The notes under the pieces: generated by a model | What the model was told of the DNA's origin: nothing | Seen by the model: the letters and a program-made list of their open reading frames with translations, nothing else | Databases searched by the model: none | Source: Hemiscyllium ocellatum | Taxonomy: Eukaryota | Direction: 5' to 3' | Assembly (NCBI RefSeq): GCF_020745735.1 | Contig: NC_083404.1 | Location: 27,900,001-27,964,000, forward strand | Length of the DNA: 64,000 bases | Program-made: the position numbers and the translations under genes | Shown here: piece after piece, positions 28,001 to 43,000 of the stretch | Layout of the letters: the number at the start of each line of letters is the position of its first letter | Numbering within the stretch: the stretch's first letter is position 1

Positions 28001-31000
28001 TGAAAAAAAAGATGTAAAAGCACTGTCACTGTTTCAAGCAACAGCATGAATTCCATATAAATTAGGAGAACCAAATATTCATTGTGTATTCCATTTCAAA
28101 TTCACCTATGCACTATATTTAACACTGTCTTTAATACAAAATTAATCTAAATATGTAAATATTCAAAGTATCTGATTTGGTATAAAGGAAAAAAAAATCC
28201 AAATTCTATTTCTAGACTTCGCTCATGTAGTGAAATCTCAGGCAGTAAAGTGGTTAGAAGCACAATAGCTTTAGGAGTCTTGAGTTAAAATATAAAGAGC
28301 CCTCATTCCTGAATACAATGAAAATGACCCAATTGGAAAATGCCTAAATGTAGGCACAGATGAGAAGTAAATTGATTCTCCCTCCCCATTTAGCTCACAT
28401 ACGAACTGTCACTTGAATGACCGCCCAGTGCATGTGGAATTGAACTTAAACATGAGCAATTACCTCCAGACTGGAGATGCAAAATTAGCGGCAAACTGAA
28501 TAAAACATTGAAATTTAAAAAACAAATGTGTTCATATGTGAATGTAATACTATGCTCGACAATAATTATGTCATCTGTGTCTGAAGGCAAGATTATAATT
28601 AGTTCATTAGTTTACTATGTGCTATAGTAAGTTTGAAAATAAACAAATTAAGTGCACAAACCAGAAATGAGCACAAAAAACAAAATGAGCACGCTCAAGC
28701 AAGGAAAGATCAAGTGAAGAACAGAAATGGACAGTCATCCAAGCAACAATTCATGTGTGAGCTAAATCACTAAGTAAAGGAAGAGAGATAGAGAAGGGAA
28801 AACAAAAGATAGTTGGGGGAAATTACAAGAAAAACAGCTCAGGTCTAATCAATAAAGAGCACAAATTTTAGTAGTTTCTGTGTGACACAGGAAAATTCTC
28901 TTTTTCCTTCAAGATATGTTTGCAGTCACTTGCATGGTTGACTACATCCTCAATGCCAAAGCTTTTCTATTTTGTCAGGTTGGTGGATAGGGTTGCTTTT
29001 TACTCATCGTTCCATTCTTATGCATCTAATTGAAATTAGGAGCCAGAGTATCTATCAGTTGTAATGAAACAAAAAACAGAAACTGCTGAAAAAGCTCAGC
29101 AGATCTGGCAGCATTTGTGCAGTGAAATCAGAATTAACATTTTAGGTCTAGTCGCCCTTCCTCAGAAGGGATGGCAGCTAGGAAAATGTCAGTTTATATA
29201 TAGAAGATTCCAACTCCAGTTTACTCCTTAGCCTCTCCCCCCACCCTATCTTCTGCATATAAAATGACATTTTTCTAGCTATTGAATCTGAGGAAGGGTC
29301 ACTGAACCAGAAATAGCAACTGATTTCTCTCCAGATGCTGCTTGACCTGCTGAGCTTTCACAACAATTTCTGTTCTTGTTTATGATTTCCAGCATCCGAT
29401 GTTCTTTCCGTTACAACACGATGTAAACCCTTCTGCCAATTTAAACCCGACACACAGAAGCTCACTTCGCACCGTAATCTGTTAAATTTCGAAAGGCAAA
29501 GAACTATCCCAGAGGTCACTATTTAAAGTAAAAATTAACAATTTTATTCTTTAAGTCCATAAAAGAACAGTTAACCAACTCCTATTTACAACTCCTTTTT
29601 CTAAACCGATCTTTTACCTGCAACTCTAAAACACCGGTCTGAAATTCACTCTTAAATTTACAGCAAAAATCAATTTCAAACCCGGGTATAGTCTTCGGAT
29701 GCCGAACATTCTCTGTAGATTCCTCTAGGTTGACTTTGGTGTTCTGCTGCACAAATTTCTTATAGACAGGTACATTTCAGAAAACTATTTGACAAGTAGT
29801 CTGTTTGTTTGTGTTTGTTGCTGTCCTGCCCCTAACTGTTCAAAAATGTCTGATTTTATATGCCAAAATTCAGATAATTTCATTGGTTTGATGTCATCCC
29901 AAACAGTAAAATTCAAATTTGATCGAAATTTGATAACTGGGGCACAATTTAAACTGATTGGCTGAATTTAAATTTGTTTTTGTTCCCTGGCAACACATCA
30001 CCAGTTATTTGTGTCAACCAGATGTTACATTTTTAATTCTTTCAGCACACTATGTGCTTCTGTAAATCCTTGACAGCTTCCTCTCTCTCTCAAAAGGTAC
30101 AGTATATACTTACTCTTTCATAACATTCGGTTGTTATCACTTGTAATGGTTTATTTTCCATCGCTCATATCATTAACTCTTGCAGCACCCAGAGGTTTAC
30201 CCTCGGCCATCCACTTCCCATCTGTGTCATCCTTTGAATGTGTTTGCAGAAATCACATATACATTGATGAAGCTCATCCCACTGCTACTTTTGATTTCTC
30301 CACTGAAAGGTCATGACATCTAGTATTTCCTGGCAGAAATTTCCTCCAATTGAACATTTGGAAGACCAAATTGCTTTGTCCCCAATTACCTGTTCCTTCT
30401 ATTGCTCATCCATTAGAGGTTGAATCAGAATGTTTCCAACCTTTTGGTCACGAGGCCCTAAAATTAGCAAACAATCTCACTGTACCGGGCCATTATGATC
30501 CCTGCTTACAGCATTACTTGATAAGTAGAATGAAACCTGCCCTGCTCGATGATTTTCTCATTTTAATTGATATGGTTCAGTCACTGAAGCATAGTCACAT
30601 GAGGCTGCAAACTTTCTTTATACACAAAAGTGAACATTATGAAACAAACAAAGCTGCACAAATACAGAATACAATTGGAAAGGTCTCACCTCACTTCCCA
30701 ACACCATCTGCTACTGAGATTCTCAGTCAAGAGAAATTCTCTTCATACCAAACTTAAAGATCTGAGTTAACTGATTCTCTCCAGTTCATTTCCTCTGCTT
30801 CAATCTCTGGAATCTTCTTGCACTCTCAGTACTGAGAACTTGTAATTTCACAGCTTCTAATAGCATTCACATTTCTAAGGAAATGCTCCACGTGTAGAAG
30901 GTTTACAACTGGAACTTTCGCACTGAAGTAAACATGCCTCTTCTGAACTCTATTCCTCAATTCCTTCTGCAACATCCTCTCCAGCATACCATACCATCTT

Positions 31001-34000
31001 CTGCCAGCCGCAACACAGCACTATTTTCTTTGCCAGTGACCCATAACGACCTGCCTCCCACCCAAGTCTCCCTAACAAATTTCAACATCATCCCTTCTTC
31101 ACCAACCACTTGTCTCAGGCAGGGTTGCTCCCGCTCACCTCACTGACCTCCTACCCATGACCCTCCTCCCTTAATTTGCACTAGCCCACACCTCTACTAC
31201 TTTGACTTACAGTGCTCCACCTGCCCCCGTCCTCCTGCAACTTAGAACATAGCTAACTGCACATGCTCCTCTGTGCATCTCTGCCTGACTTCAATCCTCA
31301 GACTCTAAGAAACCCCATCAAGTTGACCCTTTCCTTCCAATGCCTACCCTCCGCAATGAAGAAACCCTCAACAGCCATTTTCCCTGGGACTTTCTCTACC
31401 CCACCCCACCCCCATTAACTGACCTTTGCCACTCCTGGTCACCCTCGCTATTCTGTTTTAACCAGACTGTTAAAATCCAAACACTTCCCAAATCACCTTC
31501 CTACTTTCTCGCCTTTGTGCCTTGTGATGAACCTTAGCTCCCCCGGCACTCACCCACAACCTGCAACCCATTGCTCTGTGACCAGCAAACCCATAGCATC
31601 CCTGCCCACAACCAGCAACTCCATTACCCCTCCCTTCACCCACCCTAACCCATCTCAACCTTCTATCCTCTTCATGATAGTGTCCCTTAATTGTTGTTAA
31701 GATTATGACAGCTTGATGGCTCAGTGAGTTAGTTTTTTTTTAATAAAGCTTCAAAAATGTGAAACTAAAATCAATAACAAATGCACATATCTCTGTGCTT
31801 TTGATCATTGTGATCAGTGTTAACTGATAAAACAGACTGAAGCAACTACGAATGCTTTGCAGAAATCTACATACAACAAGTCAGCTTTCTTGGATCTATG
31901 AACTTAAGTCAATTTTTTATAGTCCAGATAATAATCAGGTACTGTAAACCACTACCAAATTGAATTGATATAGTCATTTCAAGGAGAGAACACAGATTGA
32001 AAACGAAAGCGATAAAGAACTATCATAGCAGGCAATTACAAATAGGAGACCACTCACGTTTCTTTCTCTTTCACCCCTGTAAATATGGGATGCAGCAAAA
32101 CTCCACCAGTTCTCAATTCATATTCCACTATTTTGTCCAGCTCCTATAAGTTACAAACATATTTAGTCGATCATTTAAATATTGTCCTTTGATGAAAATT
32201 AAAACATTTATGTTTGCTTAGCCCCTTATTCACAAGACATAGGAACAGGTGGTGGTGATTCAACCCATTGAGACTGTTCTACCATTCAATGAGATCATGA
32301 CTGATCTGATCACCATCAACTCCACTTTTGTGACTTCCACCCACACCTTGGATTCCCTTCAGAAATTAAAAACTGGTCTATCTCAGCCTTTAATATACTT
32401 AGTGACCTAGCCTTGACAGCTTTCTGCAGTAAAGAATTTCAGATTCAGTAGCCTTAGTAACCACATCTTGATCTTAAATGAATGACTTCTTACTTTGAGG
32501 TTATGACCTCGGGTCCAAGACTCTCTCCACAAGAAAGAACAACCTCTAAGGATGTTTATTTCAATATTTCTTCATCTTCTAAATTCCAAAGTGTACAAGC
32601 CGAACTTCTTCTCCTAAGATAGTTCTTCCATACCTGGTGTCAGCCCAGTGGACATTCTCTGGAATGCCTCCAATGCCAGTGTATCTTCCCCACATAAAGG
32701 GACCAACACTGATTACAATATTGCAGATGTAGCCTGACTCGCGCCTTGTTTAGTTTTAACAAGATTTGCCCATTTTATATATCATTCCTTGGAATGAAAG
32801 GCCAACATTCCATTTGACTTCATTATTAACCTCAGACCTTGGATGCTAGCTTTTTGTGATTTATGCACTGGGGTCCACAAATCACACTGTGCTGTAGTTT
32901 TCTGCAATTTTTCCCCCATTTAAGTAATGTTCAGCTCTTTCTTTAATACTGCCAAATGTAATTACTCCAATGATCTCTTGGCTGTAATCTCATTCAAAAC
33001 TCAATCTGCCTTTAAAACCAAGTCATCCATCCATCCATCACCCAAGTCATCCTTCACTGGTTCTGTCCTCAGCGTTGAAATTTTTCATCCATTTCAAACC
33101 TCATCCTGGCCTCATCTCCTCAAAATTAATTGTACAACCATTATAAACAATTTTCTGTATTCTCTGAACCCTGGCCCCTGTACACCTCAGATTTTAGTCG
33201 TCAAACATTTACTACTGCTTTTGGATGGGTGAGTTCAAAGCTTTGAAATTTCCTCCCAATGTGCCCTGTCTAGTATAGTAACCCTGCTGAACCCTACTTA
33301 TCCTTAGTCGGTAGAGATCACAGGTTCACAAGCCGCTATCAAAGAAACCCTGGTAAATTGACATTCTGCATCTTGTAAATGGTACACATTTTTGCCACTG
33401 TGCAGTGGAATTTTAAGGTACGCAACCCATGTTCTCTTGAACCTTTTCAAATCATGCAGAATGAATTTGTGCACCAGCATCAAAAAACTAAAATTAAAAA
33501 AAGTAATTTTTGTAAGTTAACATAGGTATGGAGAGAAAAGAATAACACCATGCTGACCATTGACATGGAAACAAGCTAGTCCAAAAATTACAATATTTAC
33601 TGAATTCAATTTAAAATTTACTGCGGTGATACTTAAACTCATGACATCTACATTTTAAGCTCAGTGCCATATCTACAACATTATTTTCATGAAAGCCAGT
33701 GTTAATTTTTAAACATTACAGTTTGCATTTTATTAATTCGTGCCAGCATTGTGGGTGCACCTACACCACTTGACATGCAGCAGTTCAAGAAGATAGTTCA
33801 CTATCTCTTCAAGGCAATCGGGGATGGACAATAAATGCTGGACTTGCCACATCCCATAAAAAAAAATTACATATTTGAAATCAAACAGGTTTTTGGATAG
33901 TGAAAGCATCAATGCTTAGGCAGATAGGTCAAACCAACAGAGTGAGTCAGAGGTTACCTATAATCTTCTACAAGACAATGTAGGCTCAACAGCCCATATG

Positions 34001-37000
34001 ATCTACTCTACTCTTAATGCTTATGTTTAAACATAAAAAAAATCTATGTTTTTAAACTAGTTCTTAATGAGTTAAATAATTTGGTTTTCATGCATAATTG
34101 ACAGTGTATAGCTACACCTGAAGACCTGATCAGAACGGAATTAATTAGATATTTTGCCTGCCTGGAACTCATAAAACACAGATTAATTCTGCAGGCATGA
34201 TTTTTATTATGTGGCTATCCTTTAAAAGTTGCATTTTGTAGCAAAATGCTCATGCTATTGTGAAGCTTTGCTGTAGATTTAGACATTAATTGATTGCCAT
34301 AATTCATACAAACACTTCAAATTGACTAGTTTTACTTTAAAATTAACTTCTATGTTCTGCCACAAATGTCAGCTGATTTAGAGGTCATGAACTCATCAGT
34401 GTCAATATTCACTTCATAAAAATCACAACACCTCGAAAGCTAGTGCATCCAAATATACCTGTTGGACTATAACCGGGTGTTGAGAGATTTTTTTAAACTT
34501 TGTCCACCCCAGTCCAACACCGGCACCTCCAAAATCAATATTCATTTCGTTCACAATAAAGCTGGCACTATTTTTACAGTAAAGCTAACTCTCAAATAGG
34601 ATTACCAGCGTGGTTCATGCTACCTCTTTAATCCAGTGTCTGTACTCATTAACGCCAAATGTTTTTTTCATCCAGAGGCCATAAATGTATCCAGAGATCC
34701 CCTTCAACACCCATTCATCTGACCTGCAAAAACAAAGTTGGAAAGATAGTACACTAAAGGATAAAGAAATTTAAAATTAGTTTACAGACTATGCCAATTT
34801 TCAAAAATACTGCATTTCTCCCTAACTGCCAGATGTGGTGCAAAATAAATAATCAAAGTTTTCAACTGAATACTTAACATGATGAATTAGGGGGAAAATT
34901 ACCACTATGGACAGGTTTACAAACGTATCAAAAGCAACAAAGAAGCTCTTTCCCATGCAGCACTTGCATCATACATAATGAGAAGCAATTAATTAACAAT
35001 TTTACAAGGTATGTTATAGATATAGTACATGTGGCATAAGCAATGAAAAAAAATAAGACTTTAAAGACAAAACTCATTTGCTCTTATACTTGCTTTTAGT
35101 TGGACTTCTGTGGAAAACAAGTTATTCCAAGCTGAAAGTAGCTACATAAGTACAATGTGTAAATTATTTCCCCATGTCACTTCTATCTTTAACACAAAAC
35201 ACACTCTTTATCACAAATAATCTTTGTTTCATTTCAATTAACTCATTCAGTATTCAATTTCCTTTGCAATTTTCAAAGCGTTGTTTCCTGCCTGACAACG
35301 TCTGTATTGAGGTGCATGCTCATCAGAAAATTCTTCCCTCATCCTTCAGGTAAACATTCAAACAAAATAAATTAAAGTTCTAATTTCTTAAATTATCGAC
35401 TGAACACATAATCCATCTAAGTTTTCTTTAAACATGCCTAGTGACCAAGCACAGTCTGTTTTGATAGTATCCCTCTTTAAATGTAACAATAATTTTTATC
35501 CTCAAGGAAATACCAGTCGGCATTGCATCCAGTACTATTTCAGCATACAGTCTGGAAGTAAAATATTTTGCTTGTTAATTGTAGATGATTTCATAGATTC
35601 AGAATGATTATTTATAACTTTACAACTTTAAATTGGATAAGCACCCAAATGATACAAACAGGGCTGCCATCAAACAATTTTACTGCAGCAGTGAGATCAT
35701 CATTTTGCCTAGTCATGGACAAAGGTCAATGCACAGCTTTAGTACATGGAGGGATGACAGCCATTCTACATACTAAAACTTGAATATGTGTACCACCACA
35801 GAATAGGGTGCTGAGAGTTATGGGAAAGCACAAAGCAGAAACAAGGTTTTCCAACAGTGAATGAAAGCAGGTAAATCATCGAGTCACTCACATCCAGCTA
35901 AATAGCACTGCTGGCAGTTGCCTGAAAATGGTGGAGTTGTCAATTTTTGTTAGTAATATTGGGAAAAGATAATAAAACAAATTATACAGGGAAAAAAAAA
36001 GGGCAACAAGCAGTTCATGTCAGATATCATTGTGCACACAAATTTTTAAACCCAGTTTGAACACTTGAAAGATTGTTCAAATGTGACATGCAAAATAATC
36101 TGAAATGACTCGCAATAATCTGTCAAAAGTAATCCTTTAGAACCTTCAGGCCACGGACCTGATATTATCTCTCTCATTGCATGCTCTTTCCAATCTTGAG
36201 TGTCTTTTCTGTCTTTATTTTAAAATTGGCCATGCACTCAGAATCACAAGTGAGATGTCATTATACTATATTAAATGCAGCCATCTCAAACATTGTAGAA
36301 TTTAGAGCATTGTTTTGAATTACTACCTTCAAATATTGTGAATTCAAATCTCAATCTTAATATTTAATTAAGAAGGAACTTATAACCATAAAACACCTTT
36401 CACAATTCTAAAATATCCCAAACTGCACAAAATTAAATTATTTTGAAGCACATCCATGGCTCATCCTTTACATTGATTAGTTACATAATACCCTAGTTGG
36501 CATGCAGAAGAGATCATATTGAAACCACAAGGGCCTTGAGACAATACAGAAGACCAAATTTTGATATATTATTGAAACATGGCATACATTTTTACCTGTG
36601 TTAAAGGACAAACATCCTCTGTTTATTAGCATCTTCGTGATCCATTAAATAATATTTTGTGTTGATTTTATTTTGCTTGTTACAGTAAAAGTCTTAGAAC
36701 ATGATATTTTGTTATAAAAGTCTGCACATCAGTCTCTGGAAATTTCATATCTCTTTTCAGAAGTTAACAGCTTCTAAAGGGCTCATAACACTAGAACAGG
36801 AGTATTCCCAGAACTTCTTTGAAAAGTCCTATGTCATTGTTACATTGACTTGAACAGGCAGACAAGGTGTTAAATTCTAGAACTTCCTTGCTGGTAGCTG
36901 ATGCACATGGTGGTGGTGGCGGCGATGGCAGCAATGGGGATGATGAGAACCCATAACATTTTATCTCCGAGGCAAGTATGTCATCAACACAATCAAGCTG

Positions 37001-40000
37001 ATCTTGATACTAATTTCACAGTTTGTTCATTATGATTTTTATTTAAAAAAACCCTAGTAAAAGTTTTTGTTGTGCTGGAGTAGTCTACATAAAACTTACA
37101 GTATTGTAAATTTATGGTGTATGCCCTTGGTTCTCATCATTTTATATACTCACCATGACATTCTGGAAATGAAACAGCCGAAGAATTGCTGAGCCAAAGC
37201 TTGTGCTAAACACCGTCTGGTAAGTGGCGTCTGATCTATAATCATGGCACTGTGCAGAAGGTTTGTGCTAAATGAAAGATGAGAAAATAGACTATGTTTT
37301 CAGGCAAGCATTAGATTTTATTTAGTCAAAACAAATAGTGTTTTAAAGGTAACAAATTCAGTTCAAATGTTAACAAGGCTGACTCTGTATTTCATCAACT
37401 GAAAGCTTGAAGCCTGCCAACCCTTTTATATTAATTCTTTAAACTTACACTGTATAATAACATAACTGGCAGTTATTTAGCTGTTGCAAATTCAATGTTT
37501 GCAATATCCATTAATCAACTTTATCTTAGTTAAGACCAAGTGCTCTGAGCTTTTCAGCTAGTAGTGACCACAATCAACAGAAGAAGAATTGGCAATGAAT
37601 GCAAAATATTTTAAAAGCACTCAAAATCTCGAAACAGTACATCAACTACTAAGAATTTAATAACGTTGGTCAGATGCTTGATCATACAGTGATGTCCTTA
37701 GTTAGTTGTACTGTAATAACCATTTTCTGCTTTGTTTAATTAATAACTTGCCTGCCTTCTTCATAGCATACATAATTCCCTAGCCAAAAGGTAAAACAAA
37801 TATGAGTATTCTCACAGAACACTAATATATTTTCAAATTGGCCAATTGCATTTTTGTTCATCCTATATTAACTGGTTTTGCCCCTGTGTGAAAGAGACTA
37901 GCATAGCTCTATTTTTAATGGCTCAATTTCCTTCTTCGTAAAAGGCTCGAGACGAGTGTATCATATGACTGCACAAAGATTTCAGCCAAGTCCAGAAGCC
38001 CATGAGATATAGGAGCAGAATTAGGCCACTCAGCTCATTGAATGGCAGAGCAGACTCAATCATGCACCTTGGATGCTGCTTGAACTGCTGTGCTCTTCCA
38101 GCACCACTAATCCAGAATCCATTCAATCATGGTTGAGTTGAGAAACGCACTCTGTTGTGAATACATTCAATGACTTGGCCTCCATGGCCTTCTGCAGCAA
38201 TGAGTCCCACAGGTTAACCATCCTTTGGCTCAAGAAATTCCTCATTTCATTTCACGAGTGCTCTCTTCACTGAGGCTGTGCCCATAGGTCCTGGCCTCTC
38301 TGACTGGCGGAAATGTCATCTCCAAATCCACTTTATATTCTGCAAGTTTCAATGAGATCACCCCACATCCTTCTAAACTCCACTCAGTTCAGATCCAGAA
38401 TCCTTAACTGCACCAAATGACAAGCCCTTCATCTTGGGAATCATTCTTGCAAACCTCCTCTGCAGCCCAATCACCACCAGCACATCCTTCCTTAAATACA
38501 GGGCCCAAAACTGCTCACAATACTCCAAATTCAGTTTGACCAGAGACTTGTACTGCTGGAGTCTGTATATCTCTACTCTTCTATTCTAGCCATCTTGAAA
38601 TTAATGCTAACATTCCACTTGCCTTCTGAACTGCCAACTGAATCTACATGTCAACCTTAAGAGAACACTAAACAACAACTTTCAAGTATCTTTTCATTTC
38701 AGATTTCTGAAGCCTTTCCCAATTTAGAAAATAGGCTATGACTCTGCTCTTGCTACCAAAGTACAAAAAGTCAATTTTTCTTCCCCATATTGTTTTCCAT
38801 CTGCCACTTCGTTGCCCTATATCCTACCCCGTCCAAAGTCCTTCTGCACCCTCCCCAATCCCTCAACACTGTCACTCCACCTATCTTTGCATCCCTGCTA
38901 AGGTTATTCACTGATTATGGCAGTGAGTCATTAAGGATATGAAGACCTCTATTTCAATATAAGCTTGTGATAAGTTTACTAATCTCAATACATCTAGCCA
39001 CAGCGTCAAATGAAAAGACAATCTTCTACAACTCAACCTTTGGATTGATGAGTAACATGATTAAAATTAGGATCATCGCATATAAAATAGTGATGAGAAA
39101 ATGCGGAGCTGGAAAAAGCACAGTGTGACAAGCAGCATAAAAGCAGGAGCGTTGATGCTTTGGGCAAGATCCTTCATCAGGACGGGGGGGGGGGGGGTGG
39201 CGGAACGAGAGAAGGGTGCTGAGAAATGGTAGATGGGATGGTGATAGGTGGATGTAGGTAGGTGGTGATCGAGATTGGTCAGTGGGAAGAGTGGAGCAGG
39301 TAGGTGAAAATGGAAGATGGACAGGTTAGGTTAAGTCAGGCTGTGGAGACGGACAGTGAGGGGGGGCTGGATCTGGGATGAGGTGGGGGAGTGGGGAAAT
39401 TTAGAAGCCATGTATTCTACGTTGAGGTCATAAGATTGCAAGCTTCCAAGTCAGAAGATGAGGTGGTCTTCCCCCAGTTTGTATGTGGCCTTCTTTTGTC
39501 AGCCGCTTCAACTCCTCTCCCACTCCCCAACATGTCCATCCTGGGCCTCTTTCACCATCAAAATAAGGCCACAATCAAACTGGAGGAAGAACACCTCATT
39601 TTCCGCCTTGAAAGCTTACAACCTTATGGCTTCAACATAAAATTCACCAGCTTCCAAATCTCCTCAGCACCCACCTCATCCCAGATGAAAAGACAAAGAA
39701 AATCATCTACAACTCAACCTTTAGTACTGGGGAGGCGATGGCCTAGTGGTATTATCGCTGGACAGATAATCCAAAGACCCAGATAATGTTCTGGGGACCA
39801 GAGTTCAAATCCTGCCACCGCAAATGGTAGAATTTTAATTCAACAAAAATCTGCAATTAAAAGTCTAATGATGACCATGATTCCATTGTTGATTGTTGGA
39901 AAAACCCATCTGGTTCACTAATGTCCTTCAGGGAAGGAAACTGCTATCCTTACCTGGTCTGGCCCAGATGTGGCTCCAGACCCACAGCAATGTGGTTGAT

Positions 40001-43000
40001 TCTTAATGGCCCTCTGGGCAATTAGGGATGGGCAATAAATACTGGCCTAGCCAGCAATGTCCTCATCCTGTGAAAGAATAAAAAAAATTACAGCCCTAGG
40101 CTGGGATCCAACCTTGCCTGTCTGCCCCAGCCCCCTGACCTGTCCATCTTCCTTCCCAGCTATCCGCTCTACTCTTTCCACTGAGCAATTTCAATCTCCT
40201 GACCTGCATCCATCTATCGCCATCCCACCCTCCTCCCTCTATTTATTTCTCAGTCCCCTTCTCCCTCCCCAGTCCTGATGGGTCCTGGCCAAAACGTCGA
40301 CTCTTGCTCTTCTGATGCTACTTGGCCTGCTGTGCTTTGTCCAGCTCCACATTTTATCGACTCTTAACTTTCCAGCATCTGCAGTCCTCATTATCTCCAG
40401 ATATAGAATAGTGACCACTTGGATGAGGTAGCAAGGCAAGCAGCACTCATGGAAACTATCCCTCTCAACCATCGAGACAAATAGTTTAAAAAAAACTTAC
40501 TTTCTGAAATAGGGCTTATAGTCCCCAACTATCAAACGAAATGACATAATTTTATTTTTTAAAAATCTGAATAAGTCATTATTTTTACTTGCTAACTGTT
40601 ACCCACTTTACTGAATTACAATTTGAGGAACTAATTTCTTAAAGTGGAGATCAAATTGAAGCTCAGCATTTCTGAGATTTAAGAAAATCTGAACCTTTAG
40701 TTTGATAACATCTAAAAACTAGCCACAAATTCATTTCTCCCCAGGGACAGAAACACCTGTAGTCAATCCTCGACTTTATTTTTTCTTCATTGTACATTTA
40801 GTTAGATGGTTTGAATATAACTTTCAACTCTAAGAAATCTAAGAAACTTGAGCACAACTTGGTGAGAGTTAGAAGTTATCGTGGCGCTTGACTTCCATTC
40901 AAAAGTCCTGAAAACTAATCTCAAACTTGGGTGTCATTCAAATTTAACTTTCACAAAGATTTACAAGCAGACTTACCCTGATGGCTCAATTCATTAAACA
41001 CCCTATATTGTTCTAGTGATCCTACAAATCATTGGTTGAGTCTATAAAAGATGCCCAGTTAGCTGATGACAATTGAGACATTGCTAAAGGACTACAACTG
41101 TTTCAGTAAGGAAAATCCAGGATTTCTGCTCCTAATTATTCCCAAAGTATCTATGATAGAATCTGTTGATGTCACCAGGACAAGACTTGGGCATACTCTG
41201 ATGCCCCTCACCCTCTGACGATTTTTCCAGTTCTCAATCTAAAGTTCTAACTTGGGCTGTTGACCCCTCTATTACCACGCTATTAAAAATCAGCTTCTTC
41301 AGCAAGGTGTGGATGAAATCAGCAATTCTGGGTATTTTTCTAGTGAGTGTCTCTTCAACAATAAATGCATAAGGTGACTTGCATGCTCCATTTAAAACTT
41401 CAAACTGCTTCCTTAACTGTCACACCATAGTTTAAAAAAAATTTAGATTTTTCCATTTTACTGTTCACCCAGCAACCTGCGTCAAAACCAAGTTTCAAGC
41501 AGGCAAACACTCTACTCATGAGCTTCTGGCATTTCTGTTTGAATTTGCAGTTCACAAATATTTGAAATCAGCTTGAAAATCTCATTTCAAGCAGCCCACT
41601 GTGGGACAACACCTCATTCAATACTTCTGAACGAAGGTATTTTCTAAATGGAGACTCACCTTAAAATACTCATAGATGCATACGAAGCTACTTCTACAAA
41701 GGCTTCATCAACAAATACAGTCTTGTAATAGGCATAGGGGTATCGGCAGGTTAGAATCTCTTCATAAAATTCAAAAATCTCATGCAGAAAGGAGGTGGTG
41801 TGTTTTAGGAGAGGCAACAGTTGAGGTAAACAGAAATGTGTCACCTGGAAAAGGAGGCATCAGAATATGAAACACTCATTCCAATAAAACATTTCGAATC
41901 AGATTGAATTCATTAATATATCAAGTTTTGTCCAGCATATAACTTCCATTACAAGGAATTAATTCCATTATGACTCAACTTTAGTCAAACAAGTTCTTGT
42001 ACTTAGCCAGTAACTGTATCAGATTTCACTCCTCTTAACATATTAAACAATTTTGTAAGACTTCCAGCAAAGAATGTTCTGAAGCTTGTTATGCAGATGA
42101 TGTCGATGTACTGTACCTTTAAGAGAGTTAAAAGCTAGCAGAACTACCTGACTCAGCACCAAGTGTTCTGAACAAGATATAATGTAACATTTGGTCGAAC
42201 AACTCTATTAGCTGGTTGCCTGGAGACAACAAAACAAATTTGAATTAGGCCAATCAGTTTACATTATACCCCAAAAATACCAAACTCCAATCTAGTTTGA
42301 ATTTAGTATATTGACAATCTTAAAAGCCAATGACACAATCTGATGTGGGGGGGGGGGGGGGGGGGGTGTTATGAGATCGGGGAAAATTGAATAGTTGGGA
42401 GGAGAACTGCCAAGCCACTGGCATCTGCAGACTGCCCGGAAAAAATAATTATCTTAAAAGGTATCTTTATCGATCAGTAACCTGTGAAACAGAAATCCCT
42501 AAGAGGAAAAGACAACCAAGGAGGATATAAGACGAGATTCAACATCTGGCTGGTTTTGAAAATTTGAATTTCTGGTAAGCCTTAATCAGGAATCTTATTG
42601 AACTAGTATTATAGAAGGAGAAGCAAAAGTTAAGTTAGAGGAAGGAATTGTAAATAGTTGTTAGTTAATTATTCCATGTTATACTTGAAGAAATAAAGTT
42701 GTTAATTTTTGCTTGAAATAGTTCTTGGCCTCTCAAATTTTCAGATTATTACACGGGATAAATCTCTTGTGCGGCTGGTTTAAAATTAAGCAGGAGGATT
42801 TATGCCGTGATGTAACAAGCTAAATTACATTACAGAGTATTCAATTTACAATTAGGTTAAAACACAGCATGGTGACACAAATTATTTCTGGTTAGGTGCA
42901 TAAGAGATCAGAGTAGACCAAAGGGCCCATCAAGCCATCTCCTCCATTTCGTACAGTATAGCACCATCAGCACAGTACCATACAGTCCTCATACTTCTTG

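Noticed and set aside
30900-31690. C-rich region with short ORFs
   Set aside because: Compositional bias, no recognisable domain or splice-consistent exon; probably an unidentified old repeat.
42346-42366. Poly-G runs (also ~19836-19859 and ~39185-39197) as functional G-quadruplexes
   Set aside because: Homopolymer expansions inside transposons; length unreliable and no other support.
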